Source of the DNA: an uncultured Planctomycetota bacterium
Lineage (GTDB): Bacteria; Planctomycetota; Planctomycetia; Gemmatales; Gemmataceae
Assembly: GCA_963849325.1 (NCBI GenBank)
Contig: CAWKHF010000006.1
Span: 256,001 to 320,000 of the forward strand
Reading direction: 5' to 3'
DNA length: 64,000 nucleotides
Positions 9,728-23,042 of the stretch are shown one piece after another. The stretch's first letter is position 1; each line of letters begins with the position of its first letter. The translations under genes and the position numbers were made by a program. Under the pieces are notes generated by a model, which was given only the letters and a program-made list of their open reading frames with translations, searched no databases and was not told the origin of the DNA.

Positions 9728-12700
9728 TCAGCCCTCGTAGCGCAGCAGCAGATCGCCGGCATCCACCTGGGTGCCGGCCTGCACCAGCACCTCCGCCACC
9801 GTGCCGGGGCGCTCGGCGTAGATGGTCGTCTCCATCTTCATCGCTTCGAGCGTGAACAACTTTTGCCCGGCGACGACCGCCTCCTCCGGCTCGGCCATGA
9901 CGCGCACCACCAGTCCCGGCATCGGCGCGCCGACGTGGCGCGGATTGCCCGGCTCGGCCTTGGGATGGGCGGCGACCTTGCCGGCCAGGCTGCGGTCGAT
10001 CACCACCACCTCGCGCGGCTGGCCGTTCAGCTCGAAGAACACCGTGCGGCTGCCGTCCGCGTGCGCCTCGCCGACGGCCAGGAACTTGAGGATCAGCGTC
10101 TTGCCGCGCTCGATGTCGATGGACGCTTCTTCGCCCGGCTCCATGCCATAGAAGAACACCGGCGTCGGCAGCACGCTGGTATCCGAATACTTGGCCTGGT
10201 GCGCCGCCAGGTCGGGGAACACGCGCGGATAGAGCAGGTAGCTGAGCAACTCGCGGTCGTTGACGGCCCGGCCGATCTGCTGCTCCAGGTGGACGCGAGC
10301 GGCGGCGAAATCGACCGGCGGCAGCGTGGCGCCGGGCCGACCCGCGCATCGGCTCGCCGGCCGCGCAGCACACGCTGTTGCAGCACCTCGGGGAAGCCGC
10401 CCGGCGGCTCGCCGAGCCGGCCCTCGAAGAACTCGATCACCGACTCCGGAAACGACAGCTCGCGCGTCCCGCTCAGCACGTCGTCGGTCGTCAGGTTGTT
10501 GCCGACCATGAACAGGGCCATGTCGCCGACCACCTTCGAGGTCGGCGTCACCTTGATGATGTCGCCGAACAGGCGATTGACCTCGGCGTACATCCGGCAC
10601 ACCTCGCGCCAGCGTCCCTCCAGCCCCAGCGCCTGCGCCTGGTGGTACAGGTTGGTGTACTGTCCGCCGGGCATCTCGTTGAGATACACGTCCGCCGTCG
10701 GCGCCAGTTGGCCGGTCTCGAAGGAGGCGTACAACCGCCGCACCCCCGACCAGTAGTCGGCGACCTCCTGCAAGGCGTCGTCGTCCAGGGCGGGATAGCG
10801 CGGTCGAAGCGCAGCGCCTCGACCAGGGCGTGCAGGCTCGGCTGGCTGGTCATGCTGGAGAACGGCGCCATGGCGCAATCGACGATGGACACGCCCTCCT
10901 CGGCGGCCAGCAGGTACGAGGCGATCTGTCCGCCGGCGCAGTCGTGCGTATGGAAGTGGATGGGGAGGCCGACTTCCTGCCGCAGCGTCCGCACCAGCAC
11001 CTGCGCCGCGTACGGCTTGCACAGGCCGGCCATGTCCTTGATGGCCAGCAGGTTGGCGCCGCGCTTCTCCAGCTCCTTCGCCAGGTTGACGTAATAGGCG
11101 AGGTTGTATTTCGTCCGTGACGGATCGAGAATATCGCCCGTGTAGCAGATGGCCGCCTCGCACAACATGCCGTTGTCGCGCACGGCCTCGATGGCCAGCT
11201 GCAAGTTGGGCAGGCCGTTGAGCGCGTCGAAGATGCGGAACAGGTCGATGCCCGCTTGCGCCGACTCCTTGACGAACGCCTGCACGACGTTGTCGGGATA
11301 GTTGGTGTAGCCGACGGCGCTGGCCGAACGCAGCAGCATCTGAAAGAGAATGTTCGGCATGCGCGAACGCAGATCGACCAGGCGCTGCCACGGCGATTCC
11401 TTGAGGAAGCGCATGGCCGTGTCGAAGGTCGCGCCGCCCCACATCTCCAGCGAGAACAGTCCCGACAGGCGGGCCGCGTAGAACGGCGCGATGCGCAGCA
11501 TGTCGTGGGTGCGCATGCGCGTGGCCAACAGCGATTGATGGGCGTCGCGGAACGTCGTATCGGTGACGAGCAGGCGCGGCTGTTCGAGCACCCAGCGGGC
11601 AAACTTCTCGGCGCCCAGCTCGCGGAACTTGTCGCGCGTGCCCGGCGGCAGCCGGCACCTTGCTGCCGGTCCAGGGCGGAGCGGACGCCGGCAGCGGCAC
11701 CGTCTGACGCGGCACGCCGGCGGGCTTGTGCGCGATGAGCGGATGGCCGTTGACGATCACGTCGGCGATGTAGCGCAGCAGGCGCGTGGCCCGGTCCTGG
11801 CGGCGGACGAACTTGAACAGCGCCGGCGTCTCGTCGATGAAGCGCGTCGTGCAGCCGCCGGCCAGGAAGGCCGGGTTCGTCACCAGGTTGACCAGGAAGG
11901 GGATGTTCGTTTTGACGCCGCGGACGCGGAACTCCTGCAAACTGCGCAGCATCCGCCGAGCGGCGTCCACGAAGCGCAGACCGTGCGCCGTCACCTTGAC
12001 CAGCATCGAATCGTAAAACGGCGTGATGACCGCTCCGGTGAACGCCGAGCCGGCGTCCAGGCGGATGCCCATGCCGCTGGCCGAGCGATAATTGCTCAGC
12101 TTGCCGTAATCGGGCAGGAAGTTGTTGGCCGGGTCTTCCGTCGTGACGCGGCACTGCAAGGCGTAGCCGTGCGTGACGACCTGGCTCTGATCGCCCAGGC
12201 CGATCTCCGGATCGCTCAGCGGCAGGCCGCGGGCGATGAGGATCTGACTCTTGACCACGTCGTAGCCGGTCACTTCCTCGGTGACGGTGTGCTCGACCTG
12301 GATGCGCGGATTGACCTCGATGAAGTAGAAGGCGCCGCTGTCGGCATCGACGAGGAACTCGACGGTGCCGGCGTTGTCCAGGCGCACGGCCCGGCCGACG
12401 GCCAGGGCGGCGTCGAGGATGCGCTGCCGCAGGGCCGGATCGAGGTTCAGCGCCGGCGCGATCTCGACGATCTTCTGATGGCGGCGCTGCAGCGAGCAAT
12501 CGCGCTCGAAGAGGTGGACGAGATTGCCGTGCTTGTCGCCGAGCAGCTGCACTTCGATGTGACGGGCGCGGGCGATGTATTTTTCCAGGAAAACATCGGC
12601 GATGCCGAAGGCGGTGCCGGCCTCGCGGCGGGCCTGGTCGAGCGCATCGTCGAGCTTGTCGGCGCTGGCGGCGACGCGCATGCCGCGTCCGCCGCCGCCC

Positions 12701-13213
12701 ATCGCCGCCTTGACCATCACCGGGAAGCCCAGCTTCGCCGCCAGTTGATGGGCCTCCTCGTTGGTCTGGACGGCCGCGCTGCCGGCCAGGATCGGCACGT
12801 TGGCCTTCTGAGCGATGTCGCGGGCCACGACCTTGTCGCCGAGCTGTTCGAGGATCTCGACGCGCGGGCCGACGAAGATGATGCCGGCCTCTTCGCAGGC
12901 GCGGGCGAAGTGGGCGTTCTCGGACAGAAAGCCGTAGCCCGGATGAATGGCATCGACTTCGTGCTGCGCGAGCCAGGGCGACAATGCCCGCGATGTCGAG
13001 ATAGGCGCGGATCGGCTCGCCCGGTTTGCCGATGCGATAGGCTTCGTCGGCCTTGAAGCGATGCAGGGCGAAGCGGTCCTCGTGCGAGTAGATGGCCACC
13101 GTGCGGATGCCCAGCTCCGTCGCCGTGCGGAAGACGCGGATGGCGATCTCGCTGCGGTTGGCGACGAGCAGCTTCTTGATCGGGCGCGGCGCTTGTTGTG
13201 CTTCCTCCGGCAT
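9728..13213 (-). CDS. pyc: pyruvate carboxylase (several frameshifts)
   Basis: [13 protein letters not shown] biotin carboxylase, [11 protein letters not shown] and EMWGGATFD carboxyltransferase, [17 protein letters not shown] biotin site. Confidence 0.95.
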
Positions 13214-13391
13214 GGCGGATCAACCCCCCTCATCTGGGACAAGCATTCATGCGGATTCGCTTATCCTAGGGAATGATCGGCCGGATTCCCACGGTGGAGG
13301 CCGCCTGTCGAGGACATATCGTCCCTCGGCGGCAAGCGGTTACTGTCTACGGGAGAGAGGATCGCCGCCGTCGATCAACCGAGAGACCAAC

Positions 13392-13625
13392 ATGACTACC
13401 GTGACCCTTGAGGAAGCCCAGGTTCTATTGGCGAAGCTGATCGAGCAACTGCAGCCTGGGGAAGAGATCGTCATCACCCGCGATCAAAAGCCCGTGGCCC
13501 GGCTGATCGCGGAGGCGAAGCCGGAGCGGCCGCCGCGACGGATGGGAACCCTGAAGGGCACTGTGCTCTACATGGCAGCGGACTTCGATGCTCCACTGGA
13601 GGACTTCAAGGAGTACATGCCGTGA
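13392..13625 (+). CDS. Phd/YefM-like antitoxin with DFDAPL tail
   Basis: VTLEEAQ..L..LI....GEEIVITR..KPVARL; DFDAPLEDFKEYM. Confidence 0.8.
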   Translation: MTTVTLEEAQVLLAKLIEQLQPGEEIVITRDQKPVARLIAEAKPERPPRRMGTLKGTVLYMAADFDAPLEDFKEYMP

Positions 13626-13646
13626 GGCTCCCGATGGGGAACGGTA

Positions 13647-14033
13647 TCACCAGAGCCGCTTCACGCCATAAGCATCCACGACCAGATCCGTGCTGACCAG
13701 GGGCACGTTTTCGGCCAAGGCTTGGGCGATAAGCAAGCGGTCGAACGGATCGCGGTGGTGAAACGGCAGGGCGGCAACCACGGCCGCATGAGATACGGCA
13801 ATCGGAAGAATGATAAGCTGATTCTGGGCGATCTGCCGGTCCATGAAATCCTTGAACGATCCAGGAACTTGATATTTGCCGATGCGAACCTTGATGGCGA
13901 TCTGCCAGTAACTCGCGGGGCTGAGCAGCAACTCGTTGGCGGGATTGATGAGCAGCGTCCGCGCGGTCGTACTCAGGCGCACGTCGTTGAGCACGAATCA
14001 CAGGAACGCCTGCGTGTCCAGGAGTAGCTTCAC
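13647..14033 (-). pseudogene. vapC: VapC PIN-domain toxin with in-frame TGA at codon 12
   Basis: GTG-KLLLDTQAFL*FVLND... SPASYWQIAIK, HHRDPFDRLLIAQA; TGA at 13998-14000 where Trp is expected. Confidence 0.75.
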
Positions 14034-14260
14034 CGCATGTATTCCTGGAAGTCGCGCAAGTGTTCGTCGTCTTCGGCCAGGATGACGAGTTGGCCGACGG
14101 CACTGCCCGGCTGACGCGGCGGGCGCGGCCGCGCTTCTTCGCCGATCAGTCGAGCGATTGGCCGGCCTCGATCCACGATCTGAATTTCCTGGCCCGCTGC
14201 CAGGTTGGCGAGAAGCCGCGGCAAGTCGGCCTGGGCTTCCTCAAGGGTCACGGTTGACAT
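14030..14260 (-). CDS. Phd/YefM-like antitoxin coupled to vapC
   Basis: VTLEEAQADLPRLL...GRPIARL...DDEHLRDFQEYM; stop overlaps the vapC start. Confidence 0.8.
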   Translation of the reverse strand: MSTVTLEEAQADLPRLLANLAAGQEIQIVDRGRPIARLIGEEARPRPPRQPGSAVGQLVILAEDDEHLRDFQEYMR

Positions 14261-14406
14261 GGCGTGTTCCTCCTTTCCCCGATTCTATCATCTCCGGTGA
14301 TCGACACGGAAGAACCATTGATCCGAACCGGCCCTCGGCACCGGCTTGCCTCCTGCGCTACCGTCGGAAATAATGCCTGCATCGCCTTCTCGGAAAGGAC
14401 AATGGC

Positions 14407-15270
14407 ATGACTCGCCGCTTCACGCTGCCGCTGGTTTGCGGTCTCCTCCTTTTCCCCAGCGCCGGCCGCGCCGAGGAAGGCACCTTCGACTCGGGCGGCG
14501 TCAAGATTCATTACACCGTGGTGGGCGAGGGCGAGCCGGTGTTGCTGATCCACGGTTTCGCCGTCAACACGGACCTTCAATGGCGCCTGCCGAGGATCAT
14601 CAAGGAGCTGGCCCGCAACCATCGCGTCATCGCCTTCGACAATCGCGGCCACGGCCAGAGCGGCAAACCGACCGACCCCAAAAAGTACGGCACGGAAATG
14701 GTCGAGGACGCCGTGCGCCTGCTCGACCATCTAAAGATCAAGAAGGCCCACGTCGTCGGCTATTCGATGGGAGCGATCCTCACGGGCAAGCTGTTGGCGA
14801 CGCACCCGGATCGGCTGCTGTCGGCCACGCTGGGCGGCGCCGGCGTCCTCCGCGAAGGGGTCGAGTTGCCGCCCTTCGTCGGCGAGCTGGCGGATGCGCT
14901 GGAGCAGGGCAAGGGCATTGGCCCGCTGCTGGTCGCGCTGACCCCGAAGGGCCGACCCAAACCCTCCGAGGCGGTGATCGCCCAGCTCAATCGCATGTTG
15001 GTCGGCGACAACGGCAAGGTACTGGCCGCTGTCGTCCGCAGCTGGAAGGACCTGGCCGTGAGCGACGAGCAGCTGAAGGCCAACAAGGTGCCGGTGCTCG
15101 CCCTCATCGGCGCAAACGATCCGCTGAAGAAAAGCGTGGACGACATCAAGGACCGCCTGGCCCATCTGGAGGTCGTGGTCATCGGCGGCACCAACCATTT
15201 CACCGCTTTCACCAGTGCGAAATTCCTCCAATCGCTAAACAACTTCCTTGATCGGCACAGCCGGAAGTGA
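14407..15270 (+). CDS. exported alpha/beta hydrolase
   Basis: signal peptide, LIHG, DNRGHGQS, GYSMG nucleophile elbow. Confidence 0.88.
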   Translation: MTRRFTLPLVCGLLLFPSAGRAEEGTFDSGGVKIHYTVVGEGEPVLLIHGFAVNTDLQWRLPRIIKELARNHRVIAFDNRGHGQSGKPTDPKKYGTEMVEDAVRLLDHLKIKKAHVVGYSMGAILTGKLLATHPDRLLSATLGGAGVLREGVELPPFVGELADALEQGKGIGPLLVALTPKGRPKPSEAVIAQLNRMLVGDNGKVLAAVVRSWKDLAVSDEQLKANKVPVLALIGANDPLKKSVDDIKDRLAHLEVVVIGGTNHFTAFTSAKFLQSLNNFLDRHSRK

Positions 15271-15336
15271 GTGGCCGGCGTCAACCGGCTGGTTGAGGTC
15301 GAAAAGGGGTCGGGAGTCGATTTGAGGACATACCAG

Positions 15337-15433
15337 GCCGAACAAGCCACTTCAGCAGATCGGGCCGGCACGACGGCTCTGCGTGCTATTTCGTCAAGCC
15401 TGCCGGCCCGGTTGCTGAGCTTGATCGTTTGGC
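15337..15433 (+). other. attC-like integron cassette recombination site
   Basis: starts GCCGAAC, ends GTTTGGC; imperfect inner arms TCAGCAGATCGGGCCGGCA and TGCCGGCCCGGTTGCTGA. Confidence 0.65.
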
Positions 15434-15505
15434 GAAGCGAGTCGCTACAATGGTCTTGGGCTTGGTGGTTCAGGCTCTCGGTCCCGTGCAAGACAGGAGG
15501 CTGCA

Positions 15506-15730
15506 ATGGCTACCCTAGCAGATCGGATCACGGTAGACCCCGAACAATGTGGTGGCCGCCCTTGTGTTCGGGGCATGCGCATCCGTGTCAGCGACGTACT
15601 CGACCTACTAGCGAACGGTCTGAGTTCTGAGCAGATCATCGAGGAGTTGCCGGATTTGGAACCGGCGGACGTCCAGGCGTGCCTCCGGTTCGCCAGCCGA
15701 CGCGTGGCCGACCCGGAGCCAGTCGTATGA
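15506..15730 (+). CDS. DUF433 family antitoxin
   Basis: RITVDPEQCGGRPCVRGMRIRVSDVLDLLA...DLEPADVQACL. Confidence 0.9.
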   Translation: MATLADRITVDPEQCGGRPCVRGMRIRVSDVLDLLANGLSSEQIIEELPDLEPADVQACLRFASRRVADPEPVV

Positions 15731-16068
15731 TCATTTGGCTGGACGCTCAACTCCCTCCGACGGCCGCCGCGTGGATCACGGCGACATTGGGGATGGAGGC
15801 CCACGCTGTCCGCGACTTGGGGCTGCGCGATGCGAAAGACTCGCCTATCTTCCAAGTTGCCCGCGCCGCAGGGGCGGTGATGATGACCAAGGACAGCGAC
15901 TTCGTAGAGATGTTGCAGCGGCTCGGCCCACCGCCGAAGGTCCTCTGGGTGACTTGCGGCAATACATCGAACGCCCGGCTCCGTGAGATCCTCAGCCGCG
16001 TGTTGCCTGCTGCGGTCGCGCGTTTGGAAGGCGGGGAGAGTTTGGTCGAGATCGGGGATGCTCCATAG
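15727..16068 (+). CDS. DUF5615 PIN-like toxin
   Basis: IWLDAQLPP, DAKD, MTKDSDF, GPPPKVLWVTCGNTSN; ATGA overlap with DUF433. Confidence 0.85.
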   Translation: MIIWLDAQLPPTAAAWITATLGMEAHAVRDLGLRDAKDSPIFQVARAAGAVMMTKDSDFVEMLQRLGPPPKVLWVTCGNTSNARLREILSRVLPAAVARLEGGESLVEIGDAP

Positions 16069-16095
16069 CCGAGTAGGCAGCTCTGGAAGTCCCGC

Positions 16096-16180
16096 GCCGA
16101 CCAAGGCGCTGCCGGAGACCGGCCACGCGACTAACGCCAGTGCGCGTCATTCTGGTTTCTCCCGCGTGAGCCGGCCGCAG
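16096..16180 (+). other. degenerate/truncated attC-like site
   Basis: GCCGACC-AAGGCGCTGCCGGAGACCGGCCACGCG ... CGCGTGAGCCGGCCGCAG; terminal GTT box missing. Confidence 0.4.
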
Positions 16181-16334
16181 TCCTGGACATCGTCGATCCC
16201 TTCGGGGCGGATGCCCACGGAGGAACACAGGGAGAGATGAAAGAGGAGCGGGGCCCGTGGAGCCATCATCGAAATAATGGTCTTTTCCCGCCCGTTCTTC
16301 TTCTCCCTTCCCTGTGCTCCTCGGTGGACATCGC

Positions 16335-17612
16335 TCACACGACACGGCGCAGCCGGCCCTGCTCGCTCTCGCGCAGCACCTGCCGACGCTCGGCCGCCGT
16401 CTGCTCGAACAGCGTGAAAAACAGTTCGGCGTGCGTCTCGGTCCATTCGCGCTGGCGCCGCGCCATCATCGTCGCCGCCGTGGCGAACATCTCGCGCAGA
16501 CCGTTCTGCTCGTGCAGACGGCCGCGACCGTATCGGCAGAACGACGGCACCACGCGCGGCAGCAACTCGCCCGAGCCGAGCAGCTGACCGAACGCGCCGA
16601 TCGTGGTGCCGGTGTTGAACAGCGTGTTCAGGCTCGTCTTCGTGTGGTCGCCGATGAACGAACCGATCTTGAGCAGGCCGGTGTCGATCGTCTGGCCGTG
16701 GAGCGTCATGCGGATCGGGGCCGTAATCGGTGCGCAGGTCGCTGGTCTGTCGTGCCGGCGCCGAAGTTGACCCATTCGCCGACGTAGGAGTGGCCCAGGA
16801 AGCCATCGTGGGCCTTGTTGCTGTGGCCGTGGACAATGCTGGACTCGACCTCGCCGCCGATGCGGCACTGCGGCCCGATGCTGCCGCCGTGGAGGCGAGC
16901 GCTGAGCAGACGTGCGTCTCGGCCCCGACGTAGCACGGCCCTTCGAGCCGGCTGAACGCCTGCACCACCGCCCCGCGATCGATCAGCACCGGCCCCTTCG
17001 TCGTGTCGATGTGGACCATCGGCTCGATATGGGCCGTGTGAGCGACCAGGCAGCGCTCGGCGGGCCCGCTGATCGATACGCCGCGCGCCTCCGGTACGCC
17101 CGCCGTCCACCAGTGCCGATAATCGTCTTCCAGGGCGGCGCCGTTGTGCTCGATCAGGTCCCAGGGATAATCGATCATCCGGCCGCCGGCCGAACGTTGC
17201 GGCAGCGTGCGGCGCCACTCGGCCAGCCGCCAGGACAGGTTGGCCGCCGCCAGGTCATGTGCCTCGGCCGCCGGCACAACCGCGTAGGCCACCTGCTCGC
17301 CGACCAGGCCGACCTCGCCGGTACACGGCAGGGCGATGGACTCTCCCGGCGCCAGCCAGCGGGCGTTGACGAACACGATCCGTCTCGCCGGTCGTCGCCC
17401 GCTGTCCCGTTGATCTCCAGGTGCGGATGATCCAGCCGGCACAGGTCGGCCAGCTCCGGGCGGACGAGGGCCGCCGACACGCGCCCGGACAGGCAGCGTT
17501 CCTGGCGCTCCAGCAGGGACACGGCGCCGCAGCGGAGGTCGAACGCCGGCCGCGTCAGCGTCAACGGTTGCAGGTTGCTCACGCCGGCGTCTTCAAACAC
17601 GCAGATACGCAT
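16335..17612 (-). CDS. GlmU-related putative sugar nucleotidyltransferase/hexapeptide acyltransferase (frameshifted)
   Basis: NLQPLTLTRPAFDLRCG N-terminus; GGEVESS, NKAHDGFLGHSYVGEWVNFGAG, KIGSFIGDHTK; follows glmS. Confidence 0.8.
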
Positions 17613-17639
17613 GGGGGTGCTCCTCTTCTCGCTTGCGGC

Positions 17640-19475
<1,836 letters not shown>

Positions 19476-19591
19476 GAAGCAATCCCTCGAAAGATGATGG
19501 TCCCGTGGACAACGGACGGCGTTCCGGGCCGAGGGGAGAAGAGGCCGGGAAAGGTCGAGATCGTGAAGGGGAGCGATCGCGTCCAGAGTAA

Positions 19592-19608
19592 TGCAAAGCC
19601 GGTGCCAA
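19592..19608 (-). promoter_or_regulatory. sigma-54 promoter candidate upstream of glmS
   Basis: minus strand TTGGCAC-CGGCT-TTGCA about 120 bp upstream of the ATG. Confidence 0.6.
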
Positions 19609-19780
19609 TGCCTTGTCACCGGCAGCCGTGCGGCCCGGCGGCGTTTCGGCCCGGCGCGAATCGCGGCAAGATGAGGATTCGCTTGCGTTTACCGACGCGG
19701 GCGTTCGCCTTTGAGGAGCGGCGCGAGAGGGGGGCGTAAGCGTTGTTAACGCCGCTGAGGAGCGCTGTTGCGGAAAGTTA

Positions 19781-20687
19781 TCAAGACGAAGCAGGCGGGG
19801 CGAACGCGCCGCACAGGCGGAGGTGTTGTTCCAGATCGAGCGCCTCGGCGCGGCGGGCGCCGTCGATGCCCAGCTCCGCCAGCCGCGCGTCCACCTCGCT
19901 CTTGCTCAGGTCGCGGCCGGGCAGGGCGGACGAGCGCACCGCGCAGGTTCTTGCGACGATGCACGTACAGGTCGCGCAGAAAGACGCGGAAGCGGATCGG
20001 GTCGCCGACGTGTTCGCGCTTGGCCGGCGCGGGACGGATGCAGACGATGGCCGAGTCCACCAGCGGCCGCGGCCAGAACACCTTGGGCGGCAGCCGACGT
20101 ACCAGCTCGACATCCGCCAGGCTCTGCACCAGGACGGCCAGCGCGGCGTATTCCTTGACGCCCGGAGCGGCCAGCAAACGCTCGGCGATCTCCCACTGCA
20201 CCGTCACGACCATGCGCTCGACGGCCAGGTCGCACAGCAGCAGGTTGGTGATGACCGGCACGGCCACGGAGTAGGGGAGGTTGGACACCAGCTTGACGCG
20301 GCGCGTGCCGCAACGCTGACCGAGGTCGTCGATGGCGCGGAGCACGTCGGGGTTCAGCTCGTTCTTGTTCTTGAGGACGTCGGCGCGCAGCAGGGCGACG
20401 TGGTCGCGCTGCCGGACCTCCTCGTCGGTCAGGGCGGCGAAGGCGGAATCGACCTCGACGCTGACCACGGCGCCGGCCTGCTCGACCAGGCGCACCGTCA
20501 GGCCGCCGGTGCCGCTGCCGACCTCCAGGGCCAGGTCGTCGCGCGTCAGCTCGGCCGTGCGCAGGATCAGGTCGAGCAGGTTCAGGTCGATGAGGAAGTT
20601 CTGCCCGAGCTTGTTCTTGGGCTGGATGCCGCGCTCGTCGAAGAGGTTGCGCAGGTAGGAGAGCGTTTGCCGGGTCGCGGAGGTCAT
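19781..20687 (-). CDS. rsmA: 16S rRNA adenine dimethyltransferase (frameshift near 19935)
   Basis: KLGQNFLID, LEVGSGTG, VSNLPY, FWPRPLVDSA, RRKNL. Confidence 0.92.
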
Positions 20688-20736
20688 GCGGATTCATCCG
20701 AGGTCGAGCGAGTGGCGTAAGCCCCCTAGTAGGAAG

Positions 20737-21349
20737 TCAATCACGGTGGGCTTGACGCCCCCCGCTGCGCAAGTACTTCCAGACGTACTTGGCCAGCAGG
20801 TCCGTTTCCAGGTTGACGGCGGCTCCCGGACCCTTGAAGCCGAGCGTCGTATGGGCCAGCGTGTGCGGGATCAGGGCGACGCTGAAGCGATCCGCGCCAA
20901 CGTCCACCAGCGTCAGGCTGACGCCGTCCACCGTCACCGAACCCTTGGACACCATCTGCGCCGCCAGCTCCGGCGGACAGGTGAACCAGACCGTCACCCA
21001 GTCGCCCTCCGTGATGCGCTCGGCGACGTGGCCGACGCCATCGACGTGGCCCTGCACGAGGTGCCCGCCCAGGCGATCGCCCAGGCGCAGCGAGCGCTCC
21101 AGGTTGACGCGATCGCCGAGGGCCAGGGCGCCGAGGTTGGTGCGGCGAAGCGTCTCGGGGCCGAGTTGGAAGCGGCACGTCTGGGCGTCGCGGGCGACGA
21201 CGGTGAGGCAGGCGCCGTTGACGGCGACGCTCTCGCCGAGGCTCAGCTGGGCGGCGATCTCCGGGGCGAACACCGTCAGCGCGACAGCCGGCGCCATCGA
21301 AGACGAGATCGCGGACGGTGCCCAGGACTTCCACGAGGCCGGTGAACAT
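20737..21349 (-). CDS. ribE: riboflavin synthase alpha chain (frameshift near 21285)
   Basis: MFTGLVE, SVAVNGACLT, VNLERS, GGHLVQGHVD, KGSVTVDGVSLT, VNLETD. Confidence 0.93.
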
Positions 21350-21358
21350 GATGCCGCG

Positions 21359-22177
21359 TCAGGGATGGATGCGGGGTTTTTGCGTCGGCTCCAGCTCCGG
21401 CAGAGCGGATTTGCCGCGCAGACCCGGAACAAGACGTGGCGGACCACGCCGCTGAGGGCGTAGCCCCAGAACAGCACGAAGCAAGCCAGATCCGGCGTCA
21501 GGGCGATGATGAACAGGGCCAGCACCAGCCTGCACGAGGACGCTGAAGGGCCGTCGGCCGCGCAGGACCTGCTTGGTGACGTGCGGATAGGACACGCGCG
21601 AGACCATGAGCAGGGCGGCGGCCAGGGTGCCCAGCGGCGCCCAGACGCGGACGAAGCTGTGCATCATCTCGGGATTGAGGCCGCTCCAGGTCGAGGAGCG
21701 CAGGATGGCCAGCGATACGACGCAGCCGGCCGCCGCCGGCGACGGCAGACCTTTGAAGCGTTTATGGCTGGCCGCGTCCGGCGAATTCTCCAGGTTGAAG
21801 CGCGCCAGCCGCAGCACGGCGCAGACCACGTACAGGCCAGCGATCATGGCCACGGCCTGGCCGAGTAGCTGTTTCTGCCAATCCATCCCCAGGCGCAACA
21901 GCAGGAACGCCGGCGCGGCGCCGAAGCTGATGGCGTCGCACAGGCTGTCGAGCTGGCCGCCGAAGTCGCTGGCCGATTTGGATAGCCGCGCCGCGTAGCC
22001 GTCCAGGGCGTCGAAGATCATGGCGGTCAGGATCAGGCATGCGCTGAGAAGGAAATAATAATCCATCTCACCGGACGACGACTCGGGACCGATCTTGCTG
22101 GCATAGGCGATGGCCGCGAAGCCGCAAACGCCGTTGCCTAGCGTCAGAAGCGTCGGCAAAATAGCGATTTTCTTCAC
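21359..22177 (-). CDS. pssA: CDP-diacylglycerol--serine O-phosphatidyltransferase
   Basis: LPTLLTLGN, DALDGYAAR, FGGQLDSLCDAISFG, RLARFN, FKGLPSP. Confidence 0.88.
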   Translation of the reverse strand: MKKIAILPTLLTLGNGVCGFAAIAYASKIGPESSSGEMDYYFLLSACLILTAMIFDALDGYAARLSKSASDFGGQLDSLCDAISFGAAPAFLLLRLGMDWQKQLLGQAVAMIAGLYVVCAVLRLARFNLENSPDAASHKRFKGLPSPAAAGCVVSLAILRSSTWSGLNPEMMHSFVRVWAPLGTLAAALLMVSRVSYPHVTKQVLRGRRPFSVLVQAGAGPVHHRPDAGSGLLRAVLGLRPQRRGPPRLVPGLRGKSALPELEPTQKPRIHP

Positions 22178-22397
22178 GGTGCGAGCAACTCCTGCTTGGA
22201 GAATGCCGAGGGTGATTGCCGGTAACTGCGTTACCATACCAGGATGTCCCTGTCCTTACCAGGCACTACTGGAAATTCCGTGTCACGGTTTCGTCCGCCG
22301 ATCTGCCCGTCTGGAAGCGTGGCCGACCACGCTGTTCCGCTGACCTCCTTGTTCCGGCCTGGGATCGGCTTTTCCCTTCGCGCTGCTGTCAATCCCG

Positions 22398-23042
22398 TTA
22401 GCTTCGCGGGAGTGCTTGAACCGCCCGAAGCGTCTCCTCGTGACAAGCCGCGAAGGAAGAAAGATTTAACAGGCCCGTAAAGTCACTGATTAATTCCGCC
22501 ACACGCTGACATCGCCAGGCGAGGTCGCGGTAAAATCGATGTCGTCGTCTCCCGTGCAGCTCCGAAGCATCGCGGAGAAGTTGCCGGAGAGTTTCTTTGG
22601 GATCGGTTAGCTTCTCCAGGTCGCGGACGCGCGGCAACGCGATCGGGGATTGAGAAGAGGGATTATCCGCGGCCCGCCGTATCGCTTTCTCGTCGGTCAA
22701 TAGCCAGGCTTCCGTCATGCGCACGGGCACTACGCACACATAGGGTTGATCCGCGTACGGAGACATGGCTTCTCGAATTTCCTGTACCCGCTTCTCTCTG
22801 CTTTCTCCTTCGGCGTCCCGATGAACGAAAAGAAGATCGCAGGGATATTGCCGCATGGCAGCAGCTACCTTGCCTGCCAAGCCCCGCGATTCTTTTTGTA
22901 GCGTCCGGGGATCGGCGAATTGAGGTATCAATCGGCAATCCCACGATGAGTAGATTTGGCTCAGGAGCCATCCGAGGATGGGCAGCAGCATTCGATCGCT
23001 TGGCCCGTCGGCCAGTAAGGTGTATCTAACTTGCCGGAGCAT
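22398..23042 (-). CDS. DUF4276-like/TOPRIM-like protein partnering the ABC ATPase
   Basis: LLADGPSD, FVHRDAE, PVRMTEAWLL, DPKETL; start overlaps the ATPase stop. Confidence 0.65.
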   Translation of the reverse strand: MLRQVRYTLLADGPSDRMLLPILGWLLSQIYSSWDCRLIPQFADPRTLQKESRGLAGKVAAAMRQYPCDLLFVHRDAEGESREKRVQEIREAMSPYADQPYVCVVPVRMTEAWLLTDEKAIRRAADNPSSQSPIALPRVRDLEKLTDPKETLRQLLRDASELHGRRRHRFYRDLAWRCQRVAELISDFTGLLNLSSFAACHEETLRAVQALPRS

